A stretch of DNA of 51,788 bases, counting the filler, from Dirinaria sp. TL-2023a (taxonomy: Eukaryota): the NCBI GenBank assembly GCA_051941275.1. It is 3 parts of 3 records of this genome, joined end to end, with 100 filler letters (N's around TTAATTAATTAA, not from the genome) between each part and the next. Parts side by side here need not be neighbours in the genome. Positions count along the whole stretch, not along the records: positions 34,602 to 51,788 come from JAVEBF010000446.1; 2 more parts are not named here. One strand, written 5' to 3'. The notes under the pieces were generated by a model that was not told the DNA's origin, searched no databases, and saw only the letters and a list, made by a program, of their open reading frames with translations. Positions 36,436-47,963 of the stretch are shown here, in pieces. Numbering within the stretch: position 1 is the stretch's first letter; each line of letters opens with the position of its first letter. The translations under genes were made by a program, and so were the position numbers.

Positions 36436-38179
36436 GATTCTCAGAAGAAGACATTTCTTCAGTCGATGATCATCCTCGATTTTCACGGGTAGGGGCAGTT
36501 TTATGCATTGGGGTATTATCTAATCTCTCTTTTTTTTTTTTTTTTAATCTTATTTAGTAGGTAGCGCATCGGTGCCCATATCATAATCAGCCCGAAACTG
36601 TAGCCCGCAAAAGGGATTTTCCACCGGAAGACTTTTTGCCCACTCGCTCGGGCGCCGCTGGTTTGCCCCCCGAACCGATTCGAGCGATGATAGAAGAAGA
36701 AATGGAAATCGAGTTGTCATCGCTCTGTTTTCTCTCCCACACTCCAAGAATCCATGCCAGAAACGCCCTTTTCGAATGAAAATTTCGCGGGGCGGCGGGA
36801 TCTAAATCCATTCACTACAGTAATAAGGTCCATGAAGGGGTGGCTGTCACGTTGCCGACGTGAAACTTTACACGCCACATTTCGTTTGGTTTTTCGATTC
36901 ATAGCGAAAACAGCAAGAACTTCCGCTCTACACCGAAGAACTTTTCATCTTTGTTTTCCATGATTCTGATAGACCCACACCATCGCGATTTTTGTGTAAA
37001 ACCTTGTCTGGGATATTGTAGGAAAAGAGAGAAAAAGATACCATTCGTTGGAAATTTTTCGATGGGGGTTTTATTTGTTTGACTGTGGGATTTTTCTCTT
37101 GGGATGAGGAGGGGTTTCTGTATAAGATGAGGAGGGGGAGGGATTGGGATTAGGAATAATACCTTTTCAATCGTCATTCTTATGACGCAGTGTTACTAGC
37201 AGAGCAATCCCGTAGCGTAAAACCAGAAGATCAGCTAGGAGGGTCTCAGATGGCTTGCCTTATGTTTCATGTGCATATCCCGTACTCCGAGCGGAGAATT
37301 ATTGGAGTTTGGGAGGGAAGCCCAAAAAAAAAAAAGCATCTAGGCGATTCATCAAAGGAAGCGAGAAAGCTGCTTTGCGTGGTTCCTGCTAAGCGCGGGT
37401 CCCCTATGTAAGCATGGCAAGAATGCGTGCTTTTTAGATGCAGCGATATGTCGCTCCCCTTTCATGGCCTGGCTTGACCACCTCAGGGGCAAGTGTCTAG
37501 ATGCAGTATAGACATCGGTGTTACATACTTCGGATATTCGGATCGCTTATATAATTATGCGAGACTCGGTGAGCATGCATTTTACAAGTATATCTGAGGT
37601 GGCAACTGGTATCGGATTTGATATGGCATTGTTGGAGGTGACCTTCATGTGACGTCTTCAGAATATCGGAGAGGATGAAATGCCATCTCACGATGCTCTA
37701 TGGCAATTTGGGCGGCAAATGGACGGGAGATATATGGTCTCCCGCACATCCCCAGGCCTCCTCATTGCATTCGATATTGCAAATTCGGAGGCTCCAAAGC
37801 AACAACCCACCCATCCCAGGTGCATTCCAAACCAGGTTGACTCCAGGTATCGGCCGCTAAGGCAGAGGGAGCGTTGGCGCTAGCGGCAGCATTTTGGTGC
37901 GTGTTGCACTGCTGATCATGTGCGCATTACACTACTTTTTCGGCCTTGGAGCCTTGATTGTATAGGCCATGTGAGCCGTGTTCTGTGATGCTGTTGCCCT
38001 TGGCGCCGGCAAGGTCCAAACCATTAGCTCAATACCAGATAGATATGCGTTCATGACCATCGAAAGCACTTGTTCCCTGGCATGTGCTGCTCAGGCTAAG
38101 GGGAAAGCAACATCAATGAATATAACTTTTCCGATTCACTTCCCATCAATTTCCGAGAGTTGCAGGACTCATAGACTAG

Positions 38180-40128
38180 CTAGTCTCCCACCTCAGAACC
38201 GCCCCCGAGCTCTGTCAGGTTTGCAATGTTCATCAGCGCAGTCATGTCCGGTCCACCGGGCGCTAGAATTGGCGGACATGCGTAGTCGTAGGTTACCGGC
38301 GCAATGAAGGACGCGGTCGTTTGATTATCGTATGCCAGTCGAACTAGGGAATTACCTGTAGTCATACGTAAGGTCGATCGAGAGCCTTCAACATGTATAG
38401 GAGTAGATGTCCTTACTCTGAGGATTGTACTGTGGCCACGAATACGGTGCTCGTGATAGGCCTGCAGTAGGGTTTTTCGCAAAAGATGCCCAGGCGCCCA
38501 TGATATAGCTCGATATCAATGTCTCTGGCGATGTATTGGGTAATCCAGCAAGCTCAGCCGTCCCAAAGACAGTGGTTATCTCGGATCCGCGATAAGCACC
38601 GCTACTGGGGTTGATAGTCAGACGGAGATTTGGGAATTCTCCAAAATATCGATAGCGCCCGACGGGAACTCTATTGGACGCTCAATACTGAGCTGCGGCA
38701 TCGACTGGGCACGTAAATGTCTGAAGATTATTGAACCAACGACTGAGTCTTTCCCATCGACTGATACATAATTTTGATGAGTCCCGCTTCATAGTCGTTG
38801 CTACCAAGCAGCATAGGCTTCTTGATGAATCGCCCTGATTGTCCTCGAGATGCACAGTCGGAAAAGACAATCTTGTTGTCTGGAGTTGGGCCAAACGGTG
38901 CTATTATCGCTGTTGTCGATAGGATGTCCGACATTGACTTACTACGCATACAGTGCAGCGTGAACAGCACTCCTTTGGAAGTATCTCCACACCTCAAAGC
39001 CTGAGTAAGAGTGTACCAAGCTCTGGTATTATCGGGAGGAGCAGGGTTTAAGAAGCTTGTTGATACTCCTAATTCCGCGATAAAGCCATTAACAATCGGG
39101 TTTGAAGATCAAGCGTAGCTATAGTAGTCGATCGACGCGCCACCAGCAGAATTACCAAATAGCGTAATTCGGTTAGGATCTCCATCAAACCCTGCAATGT
39201 TGGGTTTTGCTCATTCGATTGCTAAGCGTTGATCCAAGAGACCAATGTTCTGGTTTGTGCCGGGAAGGCCGGGGAGCCCGAAGACTGAAGTTCGATAACT
39301 AGTCGCTTTCAGTATGATATCACTTTCGTGCAATACATTCTCAATTCTTGAGGGCGTACAGCATCTCGAATGGCGTTAACTCACTTTGCGGAAACAACAA
39401 TGACGTCTTGAGTATCAGCGAGGAACTCTCCATCGTAAAGAAACGAGTTCGTCGTTCTCTTTATAAAGTCTGACCTCGTCAGTCACTCTTATCACCGTAC
39501 ACGAAGGATGATCGACAGACCCTCTTCGGAGAGTCAGAAAAGTACTGCTTTGGTCTTTTCATCACTGTTCGCTTTGACTCGGATGTTGAAGGTCAGACAG
39601 TCTTCCCCGACGATTGCTTCTAATTGCTGGGTAGCATCAACGACTTTTGCAGCGGTTGGTTCTAACACCGTTACTTTGCTGCTTATGGAGGACGTGGCCA
39701 CGTTGGCAGGACAGTCACTTTACGTTGGCCATGTTAGTATCGCCTTCGCTCATAGTACTCAGGGTGTTTGCTTGTGGGAGTCCTCACGCAGACTATTCTC
39801 CCAGCCCAGGTCAGTAAAATGCCCGCTTTCAATAGGCTGGACTTGCGAAATCCAATGCTTGGTACGTGTATCGACCAGCTGCCCGATAAGGCTGCGGGGC
39901 GGCAAAGCGGAGATTTCCTAGTGGTGGCTTGGCAAAAGGAATGCCTAAGAACTCAGTCACCGAACTCTTATGAGGGGCCTTGTGGCCTTCAATCAGTCCA
40001 CTTGTGGTCGGCACTTGCAAAGTATTGTTGATTGCGTGGGGCGGAAAAGATGGTAATGATGATGATGATGATGCTACTACGAGCAGTAACAGTAGGCTTA
40101 CAGTGTGGAAAAACGCCCCTCCTAACGT
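38180..40128 (-). pseudogene. Secreted type-B carboxylesterase (cholinesterase-like alpha/beta hydrolase) pseudogene
   Basis: Signal peptide starts at ACG (40128). Motifs EFLGIPFAKPPLGNLRFAAP, EDCLTFNI, GLLDQRLAIE*, NIAGFDGDPNRITLFGNSAGG and RYRYFGEFPNL..GAYRGSE (catalytic His position reads Arg). Stops at 39536, 39213, 39111 and 38684, plus frameshifts. Confidence 0.88.
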
Positions 40129-40398
40129 TGCACCTGGGTTTGGTCACTTCAGTGGAAGAGGAATCGATGAAGTGATGTAGGTACCTAGTTCGCAGCGATT
40201 TTGGTGGTAAGGTAACATTTTTCTGTACTTACCTTAGTATCGCGACGATTTTGAGCTGAGGTGTGAGTCATCACCATTTTGGACCCTTTGAAACCTACCC
40301 TACCTTGCAAAAACCCGCGAAAGGAATTTTCCAGCACACATTCGGCTCACTGTGTTACATCTTGTCAGGTCTGATAATTGCGCTGTGCTGCTATCGCC

Positions 40399-41736
40399 AT
40401 GTCTGATGGTGCTGTTCATCTGGATGGCACTACACTCGAAGGTGGTGGCCAACTGCTACGTCTCGCTTTGTCTCTCTCCTCATTAACCCATATACCCATC
40501 CATGTCACAAATATCCGAGGCAAGCGAGGCTCGTTGTCTGCGCCTGGCGAAGCCGGTGGCTTGAAAGCTTCCCATCTGGCAGCAGTGAAGTGGCTCGCTG
40601 ACGCCACCAATGCCTCAACCGACGGAGCGGCAGTCAAAAGCAGTGATTTGATGTTTTCTCCCTCGGAGCGGGTGCACGGACTCCCTGGTGCTGATCCTCT
40701 ACCCATAGGCAAAGATTTGGTAAGAAGACGTAGAGGCGCTGGAGAAATCCAGTGGCACGATCGATACGACGGAAATGTGCTAGTTCGTAAAGAGTCTTTC
40801 ATCCCCGCAAGCACGCCCGGTTCGATCTTTCTCGTCTTCCAGGCTATCTTGCCTTATCTGCTTTTTTCTGCTCCTGTTGATCTAAAGGCTTCCAAAGCGG
40901 AGCTCCACGAGCCCGTGTGCCACAAACTGATCGTCGAAGGAGGAACAAATGTCAGCAAAGCGCCTTCATATGAGTACGCCAGCCAAGTCCTCCTTCCAAT
41001 GTTGGAAAAGGTCGGCATACCGCCCATAAAGATAAGTTTGGACAAGCGAGGTTGGAGTCATGGCAGAGCACAAGTAGGCAGAGTGAATTTTGAGATCACG
41101 CCTCTTGGGCAGGCTCTCACGCTACCTGCGTTCTCGCTCACCAATCGGGGTTCTGTGGTCAGATTTCTCGTTTCTATCCTTGCGCCTGACGAGGATAGCC
41201 GACGAAGTATCAGCAAATTAGCAACGGGAAAAATACTCAAATCCTACCCCGATGCTGAAATCTTGTTCCCTGTAGATGAAGACTCGAAACATCCTAAGCG
41301 ATTGTACTTGCACATTGTGGCCGAGACATCTGGAGGCTTCCGGCTTGGACGAGACTGGATGTACGACCGCAAATCTGCGGCTTCATCTCCTCAGCAGAAG
41401 ACTGAACAGCTTGTAGAGAAGGTTATGGATGACCTAGAAAGGGAACTGGCACACGGTGGTTGCGTGGATGAATACATGCAGGATCAGCTGGTGGTCTTTC
41501 AAGCTCTTACGCAGGGACGATCTGAGATTGATTATGGTAAAGACCGTGAAGTGAGTCTGCATACGCAGACAGCCAGGTGGGTGTCCAGAGAGATCTTGGG
41601 GTCGGATTTTGACACTAGAGGGCTTTGTGAGGGTGTTGGGTTTAAAGTAGGGGAAGAATACAGGGAGGGGTCCAAGAAGGGAGAAGTTGGCCTTGCCAAA
41701 AATATGAAGAGATTGAATATAAAGGGCCAGAATTAG
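40399..41736 (+). CDS. RNA 3'-terminal phosphate cyclase (RtcA-type)
   Basis: LDGTTLEGGGQLLRLALSLS, NIRGKR, GLKASHL, GGTNV, GGCVDEYMQDQL and SLHTQT (adenylated His position present, so RtcA-like rather than Rcl1). Confidence 0.88.
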   Translation: MSDGAVHLDGTTLEGGGQLLRLALSLSSLTHIPIHVTNIRGKRGSLSAPGEAGGLKASHLAAVKWLADATNASTDGAAVKSSDLMFSPSERVHGLPGADPLPIGKDLVRRRRGAGEIQWHDRYDGNVLVRKESFIPASTPGSIFLVFQAILPYLLFSAPVDLKASKAELHEPVCHKLIVEGGTNVSKAPSYEYASQVLLPMLEKVGIPPIKISLDKRGWSHGRAQVGRVNFEITPLGQALTLPAFSLTNRGSVVRFLVSILAPDEDSRRSISKLATGKILKSYPDAEILFPVDEDSKHPKRLYLHIVAETSGGFRLGRDWMYDRKSAASSPQQKTEQLVEKVMDDLERELAHGGCVDEYMQDQLVVFQALTQGRSEIDYGKDREVSLHTQTARWVSREILGSDFDTRGLCEGVGFKVGEEYREGSKKGEVGLAKNMKRLNIKGQN

Positions 41737-41983
41737 CGTCACTAAGCTGATATGGTATTCTTTGCGGTGAAAGAAAGGAAGCTTGGTGCACCAAATTCGA
41801 AATCCATCGGGTGGACTCCCTGCCCCGCTCCTCCTTTTAATCGTCCAGTTGCGGACGTCTTTCAAGCACAATCATCAGAGGTTCTTGTTGCGTAAAAGCG
41901 TGATCTGTTAACTCTAGGTACTCCTCCTATTTGCATGACGAAGGCTTTGGATTGCCATCTTCCATTGATGCTAGCCTTGTCTC

Positions 41984-42312
41984 TCAATCATCGTACCCTT
42001 CTGGTATCTTCCTTGGACCTTTCGGTACTGGCAGTCGCACTAGTTAGCTTTGCAATCGACATCTACACGAACGCACAGAAGCTATCAAGACTTTCGATGC
42101 CCTTGTGTGGTGATTAGGTGCCGCTTACTTGGGTAAGTCAATGGTATTTGCTCCCGAGGCCCATCACCAAAATACCTCCTCAATGGCGGCACAGCAATCA
42201 AGGACAGAGGACCCAAGCTCGCAATGCAACAGGAGAAGAATATTGCGGGCTTCTCATGAGATGACCAGCGCAGGTACTGTATAGGTTGGCGGAAAAAGTG
42301 AGGCGAGGCCAT
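41984..42312 (-). CDS. NADH:ubiquinone oxidoreductase 9.5-kDa accessory subunit (NI9M/NDUFA3-like)
   Basis: Intron 42128-42028. MASPHFFRQPIQYLRWSSHEKPAIFFS..LGPL..PPLRRYFGD..IPLTYPIPKGPRKIPEGYDD*. Confidence 0.88.
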
Positions 42313-42316
42313 TATT

Positions 42317-42348
42317 GCGGAGACAAGGCGGAGACAAGGCGGAGACAA
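42317..42348. repeat. 11-bp tandem repeat (GCGGAGACAAG, about 3 copies) directly upstream of the NI9M start codon
   Basis: Seen directly in the sequence. Confidence 0.85.
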
Positions 42349-42641
42349 TGTAGATAGGGTCAGTCGAGGTGGCCAAGGGTGCAGTATCAAGATATTGACT
42401 TCGTGGCCTTTTTTCGAAAGCCTAACTGGATGTTTAACGTTATAACTTTAGTAGACCTTTGAAGAATTGAAGGTTCGAAGGTTCCCTTGTACCGCAGAGC
42501 GGAAGAGGCCCGCTCGCTTGGCTTGGCGTCTCCAGTCCAAGGCCCCTGCCAAGATTGATAGCTTGGCGACACGTCTCAGATTTGTACTTGTAGCTTGGAA
42601 TCGGTCACTAAGCAATCAATTCAGCATTTACCGAGTCAAAG

Positions 42642-44210
42642 ATGCGCTGGCTTGTCCCTTTCTTCCTACTAGGCCTGTCGAGCTTGATCCAGGCCCTCAG
42701 CAGTAGTGGTAATCGATTGCTCGCTATCATTGAGGAGACGGCAGAGAAGGATAACTATTCGAAGCTTTGGGCCGACTTACAGGGTAGATCAGAGCCATTG
42801 CCTCAATGAGCCTTGCCAGCTGATGCCGTATCGCTTTTAGAACGAGGCTATAGCATCTCCTTCGAATCTCCGAAGAATGAAAAACTCGCGTTGTTCAAGC
42901 ATGGCGAAAGAGCGTACGACCACATCCTCTTGCTTCCCCCAAAATCCAAGGGTATTTAGCACTACCTCTGACGAATGAGATATGCGCTGAGCAGTCATCA
43001 GGTCTCGGTCCAGCTTTGTCACCGAACCGAATACTTGACTTCATCAATCAGAATGGAAATGTTCTGCTTGCCCTCTCCGCCGACTCTCCCACTCCATCTG
43101 CTATATCCTCTCTTCTTCTTGAGCTAGACATCCACCTCCCTCCTGACCGGACATCTCTTGTTGTCGACCACTTCAACTACGATTCTCTCTCAGCTGCCGA
43201 GAAGCACGACGTGCTCCTACTTCCGCACCCTTCAGCTCTACGGCCAGACGTCAAAAACTTCTTTGGCGGCGACGGTATTATTGCCTTTCCTAGAGCCGTG
43301 GCTCAAGAGCTTGGCAACGCGAGCCCGCATCTTGCGCCCATTTTGCGAGCAAAGGGACCAGCATACAGTTATAATCCGAAGGATGAATTTGAGAGCGTTG
43401 AAACGCCGTTCGCGGTAGGAGAGCAGATATCGCTCGTGTCAACCATGCAGGCGCGCAACTCTGCCCGTTTTACGGTGTTCGGGTCTGTTGAAGCATTGGA
43501 AGACAGGTGGTTCGATGCAACTGTGCAAAGCCCTGACGGCCAACAGACGGGAACTCGGAATAGGAAATTTGCCGAGCAGGTTATCGCCTGGACGTTCATG
43601 GAGACCGGGGTCCTCAAAGTCGGCAAAGTCCAGCATCACTTGAGCTCGCTCGATCGGAAAGCCACCGATAACGGAAGCGTTGTTCAGCTAGGCTATTTGG
43701 ATCCCAAGATCTATCGCGTGAAGAACGGTGTCGTACGTATTCGTGAAGTGGATGGCTGAGTGCCTGCTAATTCCTTGAATGCAGACCTTCAGCATCGAAT
43801 TGTCAGAGTATTCCTATGATCATTACTCTCCTCTGGAGATAAAGCCGTCAGATGCAGTGCAACTTGAATTCTCGATGCTATCACCTTTCCATCGCCTCGA
43901 TCTCCGACCAGTCTCGACTACCGTCAACGATACTCTTTACAGCACTACTTTTGAGACACCCGATCAGCACGGTATCTTCACCTTTCGCGTCAATTACAAG
44001 CGACCCTTCCTCACGAATATCGATGTCAAGCGGGAAGTAACTGTCCGACATTTCGCTCATGATGAGTATCCCCGCAGCTGGCAGATTACGGCTGGTTGGA
44101 CATGGATTGCGGGTATTTGGGTTACAGTGGCGGGATGGCTGGCTTTTGTAGGCATTTGGCTTTACAGCGAACCGGCATATGAACGGAATCAAGGGAAGAA
44201 GATGCAATAG
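42642..44210 (+). CDS. WBP1: Oligosaccharyltransferase subunit Wbp1/OST48
   Basis: Introns 42784-42840, 42952-43001, 43733-43784. Signal peptide; LVSTMQARNSARFTVFGS; DAVQLEFSMLSPFHRL; PDQHGIFTFRVNYKRPFLT; HDEYPRSW; TM helix and C-terminal KKMQ ER-retrieval signal. Confidence 0.95.
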
Positions 44211-44556
44211 ACATGGTGGCATATAAATCAGGTGTATAAAAGTGCGATTGTTTTGTCTTCTTGGCTAGTGCGACAAAGTTTCCTTAATCATGTTGTGGAA
44301 AGGGTTCGCGCAACCAATTCATCATTTCCGAATCACCTAAAACAATCCGGAAGAAAATCTGCACAGACAGCTACTGTGTTATGCCACGCAACAAAGTTGG
44401 CTGAAGTCTGAAGGCAAACGTGTTGCGGGAGCTGATATTACCTTACCTTACCTACCTATCCGTTGCTGGGCCAACCAATAGGTGACGTAATCATTACCCC
44501 AACTCACGCTCTAGGATTCCTCCTGGCAAATCTGCGATGCGCAAAACAATAGCAGT

Positions 44557-47242
44557 ATGGCAGCAATGGATCCACCTCCGAAGCCATCCTCGGCGTCGCT
44601 ATTCCAGGTCTATTTACGCCTGCGACCACCACCGTCCCCTTTACTCCAATTGACGCAGCAGTCCCTATACCCTCTTCTCCCACCCCCAGAGCGCTATTTG
44701 ACTGTCGAGCCACCGACTGAAGGACAAAATACCAAACCCACACACATTACAATCCATCCGCCTAGCGATTCACGTAAGCGGGCTGTGGAGAAATTTGCCT
44801 TCACCAAAGTATTTGAAGAAGATGCTGGGCAGTTAGAGATCTTCAAAGAGACTGGTGTTGTACCTTTAGTAGAAGGAGTTCTCGGAGAGGGAAGAGATGG
44901 CCTCCTTGCTACGTTGGGCGTGTCTGGTTCTGGCAAGGTTCGAAAAGAGCTCGATCCTGCAATACTCAAAGGGAATCTTGGTTAATTGACCAACAGAGCC
45001 ATACCATCCTAGGATCCAAGTCGCAACGAGGGCTCGCACAGTTATCACTTGATCTCCTGTACCGATCACTTGGTGACCAGACGCTACATCCCGCGCAAAT
45101 TATATCACTATTAGCATCCTTGAATGCTGCGGACGCATCGGAAGCGCAGATATACTCGGCTTCCACTTTTCTCGATGGAGTTTACGGAGAACCAATCCAG
45201 GAGCGAAATAACTCCAGGGCAACAACCCCTATGGCGGTAGGCAGAAATTCTACTTCTACATCAAGGATCCCCCCATCTACTGGGCTTTATAGCCAGTGGT
45301 CTATCCTCGGTATAAGCTCTCCCAGAGCAACACTTGGCCCGAGCGGAAAAGCAGCTGTTGCTCGTGGTAATGAGGGAGCTGCCGAGGCCACCCCTCAAAC
45401 CCTGAACCCATATGCGTATACTCCCAGAGCGATGAGAAACCAGGCTAAAGTACGCTTCGGCAATGCTGTACAGGATCCGACATTCGTCCCAAACGTACCC
45501 AAACGCCATGTTCTTCACCGGCCATCGGCTCTTCCACAATGTCCGAACATTAGCGACATTTCGATCCCTACAGACCAAACCTTGGAGTTCGTTATCCTAG
45601 TATCCATGTATGAGGTATACAATGACCGTATATTTGATCTTCTTTCTCATCCTCGAAATCCCAAAGACCTGCGAAGAAGACCTTTGTTGTTCAAGCCAAC
45701 GGAAGCATTACCCGATCGAAAAGTCGTCGCGGGTCTTCGAAAGGTAGTTTGTGGCACATATGAAGAAGCCTTGATGGTCCTGGAGACTGGCTTGCTCGAG
45801 CGAAGGGTGGCTGGCACAGGGAGCAACAGTGTAAGCTCACGAAGTCACGGCTTCTTCTGCGTCGAGGTCAAGAAACGGCCAAAGGGAGGAATGTCTAGTG
45901 CATGGAGTGGAGCTCAATTGACAATCGTTGATCTCGCTGGTACGAATTATTGTTATCTTGTAATGACCTCAGTATAAGAGCTTACAACGTATAGGATCCG
46001 AACGGGCGAAGAACGCGAAGACTGCAGGAGCCACTTTGGCTGAAGCAGGAAAGATCAATGAAAGCTTGATGTATCTCGGCCAGTGCCTCCAGATGCAAAG
46101 TGACTGCCATGAAGGCTCAAAGGTAGGGCCATTCTCATTGTGTTGCAAATTAGAATCTAACAATGTCAGGCTGTTGTCCCTTTCCGACAATGTAAATTGA
46201 CGGAATTACTCTTTTCCAATTCCTTCCCGTCACAATCCCACAATACAACATCGCACCATTCACATCATCACCGTAATCCTCAAAAGGCTATCATGATAGT
46301 AACAGCTGATCCACTTGGCGATTTCAATGCTACATCCCAGATTCTTCGCTATTCCGCGTTAGCCCGTGAGATTACGGTGCCCAGGATTCCGTCTGTCACC
46401 AGCACAATTCTTTCAGGTAATAATGTAGGAGCTCTCAAGACACATACGGCAAGCGGCAGGACCTCACCAAACACGCCACAGATGGATGAAGGAGCTTTGG
46501 AGATGGCACTCTCAGAAGTTGCGCGGCTAAATGAAGAAGTAGAAGTCTTGAGTGTCAAGCTGTCAGGGGAGCAAGGCCGTAGACGCGAAGCTGAAGAAGA
46601 GTGGCAGCGAGCTGAAAACAGAGCCGAAGAGATCGAAATTCAGATCAGAGAGGAATGCTGGCAAGATATGGAGAGACGGCTCGATGAAGAGCGGAGAAGG
46701 TGGCTGAACGCGTGGGGAGAGGAGGTATGCAAGTGTTCACCAAGGAGCCGGTCGCTCGAGAAGGCAGGCTGAATAACTTGTGTACTTAGGCTGATCGAAA
46801 CGACGAGCACGTGGACCGCAAGCTAGAGCTTCTTTCAAAGGGTATCCAGAGTAAGGCACCTTACTCCGAAACGATGTTCGGAACATATTGAAGGATCGCA
46901 CTTACATTTGTGGCAGTCTACGAAGATCCAATCGCATCAAATAATAGCGCTTCCGAGCTCGAGCACGAGAATGAGGTTTTACGTCGAAGAGTCGGCGTTT
47001 TGGAGCGTGAACTCCAATCTCGGTCACCTATCAAGTCAGCTAAGCAGCCACATGATTTGGGTCACATTGCTGGTACCGTGGCAGAGGACGATGCAACGGT
47101 TACACCGCTCTATGAAAAGCTCAATCGCATGAGTTTGAAAGAGAAGAGGGTTGTAACGCCGGGGAAGAAAGTCAGGAAGCTTACGGCGCGCAAGTGGGAT
47201 CTGATGGATGAGAACGAGATGGATGCCTATGAGAACTTTTAG
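44557..47242 (+). CDS. Kinesin motor, probably kinesin-6 (Klp9/MKLP-like)
   Basis: Introns 44938-44996, 45940-45994, 46123-46169, 46725-46789, 46851-46916, possibly also 45237-45473. VYLRLRP, P-loop GVSGSGKSHT, switch I NSVSSRSH, switch II DLAGSER, EAGKINESLMYLGQCL, VPFRQCKLTELL, then coiled coil. Confidence 0.88.
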
Positions 47243-47963
47243 GGACCACGATGTCAAGGCGTGGGCACCAGCGTCAACAGCTCTCCATCGATCTTGACGT
47301 CTTCTTCTTCCAACTCCGTATCCATTGACCGACTCAAGTTGCTTGGAGGTAAATGGGCTTCGACCTAAGGCTCCAACTGCTATGCGAGCCAAAAATACCA
47401 CGTCCATCGTCACTTATGTTTTGAGACCTACCTGGAGCTCTTCCCTCGGCAGAGGTAGCCTTGCCCATACGCCCTCTGCAAATATCACTTACTCTTTCCC
47501 AGCATCCAACCTACCTCTAGCGCCACCGGACGGGGTGCTCCTTGTGACTTAACAAGGCGCTAATGAGATCAGGCTCTCCCGCGCGTTTGGACCGCGGTTA
47601 CCAGGCAGAATTGCAAAGGAAAAGGGCTGATCAGGTGGAGCAGTATTAATTGGAATCGTGAATATTGCTTTCACCTTAGTCATGGACGGCTAGCGTGCTC
47701 GGATGTAGTATGTAGTGGAGCTCTCGACGGAAGAGAGGTTGATACTCAATTACTTGGGTTGAAGGCTACACAAAGCCGAATCCTTCGGCAAGGTGATCAT
47801 ACTGATCTTGTTTCTTCGAAACCCAAGCCATAGACTAACCGTACAGCGATGGAAGGTCAGAATTAGTGGTTGGGGATTTCATTTTTTCTTGCATTAGGGC
47901 AACTAGAGTTGGCTCCTCAAGCGATCAGCGAGGATAGGGCAATGGCTTTCGTACACCCTCAGC

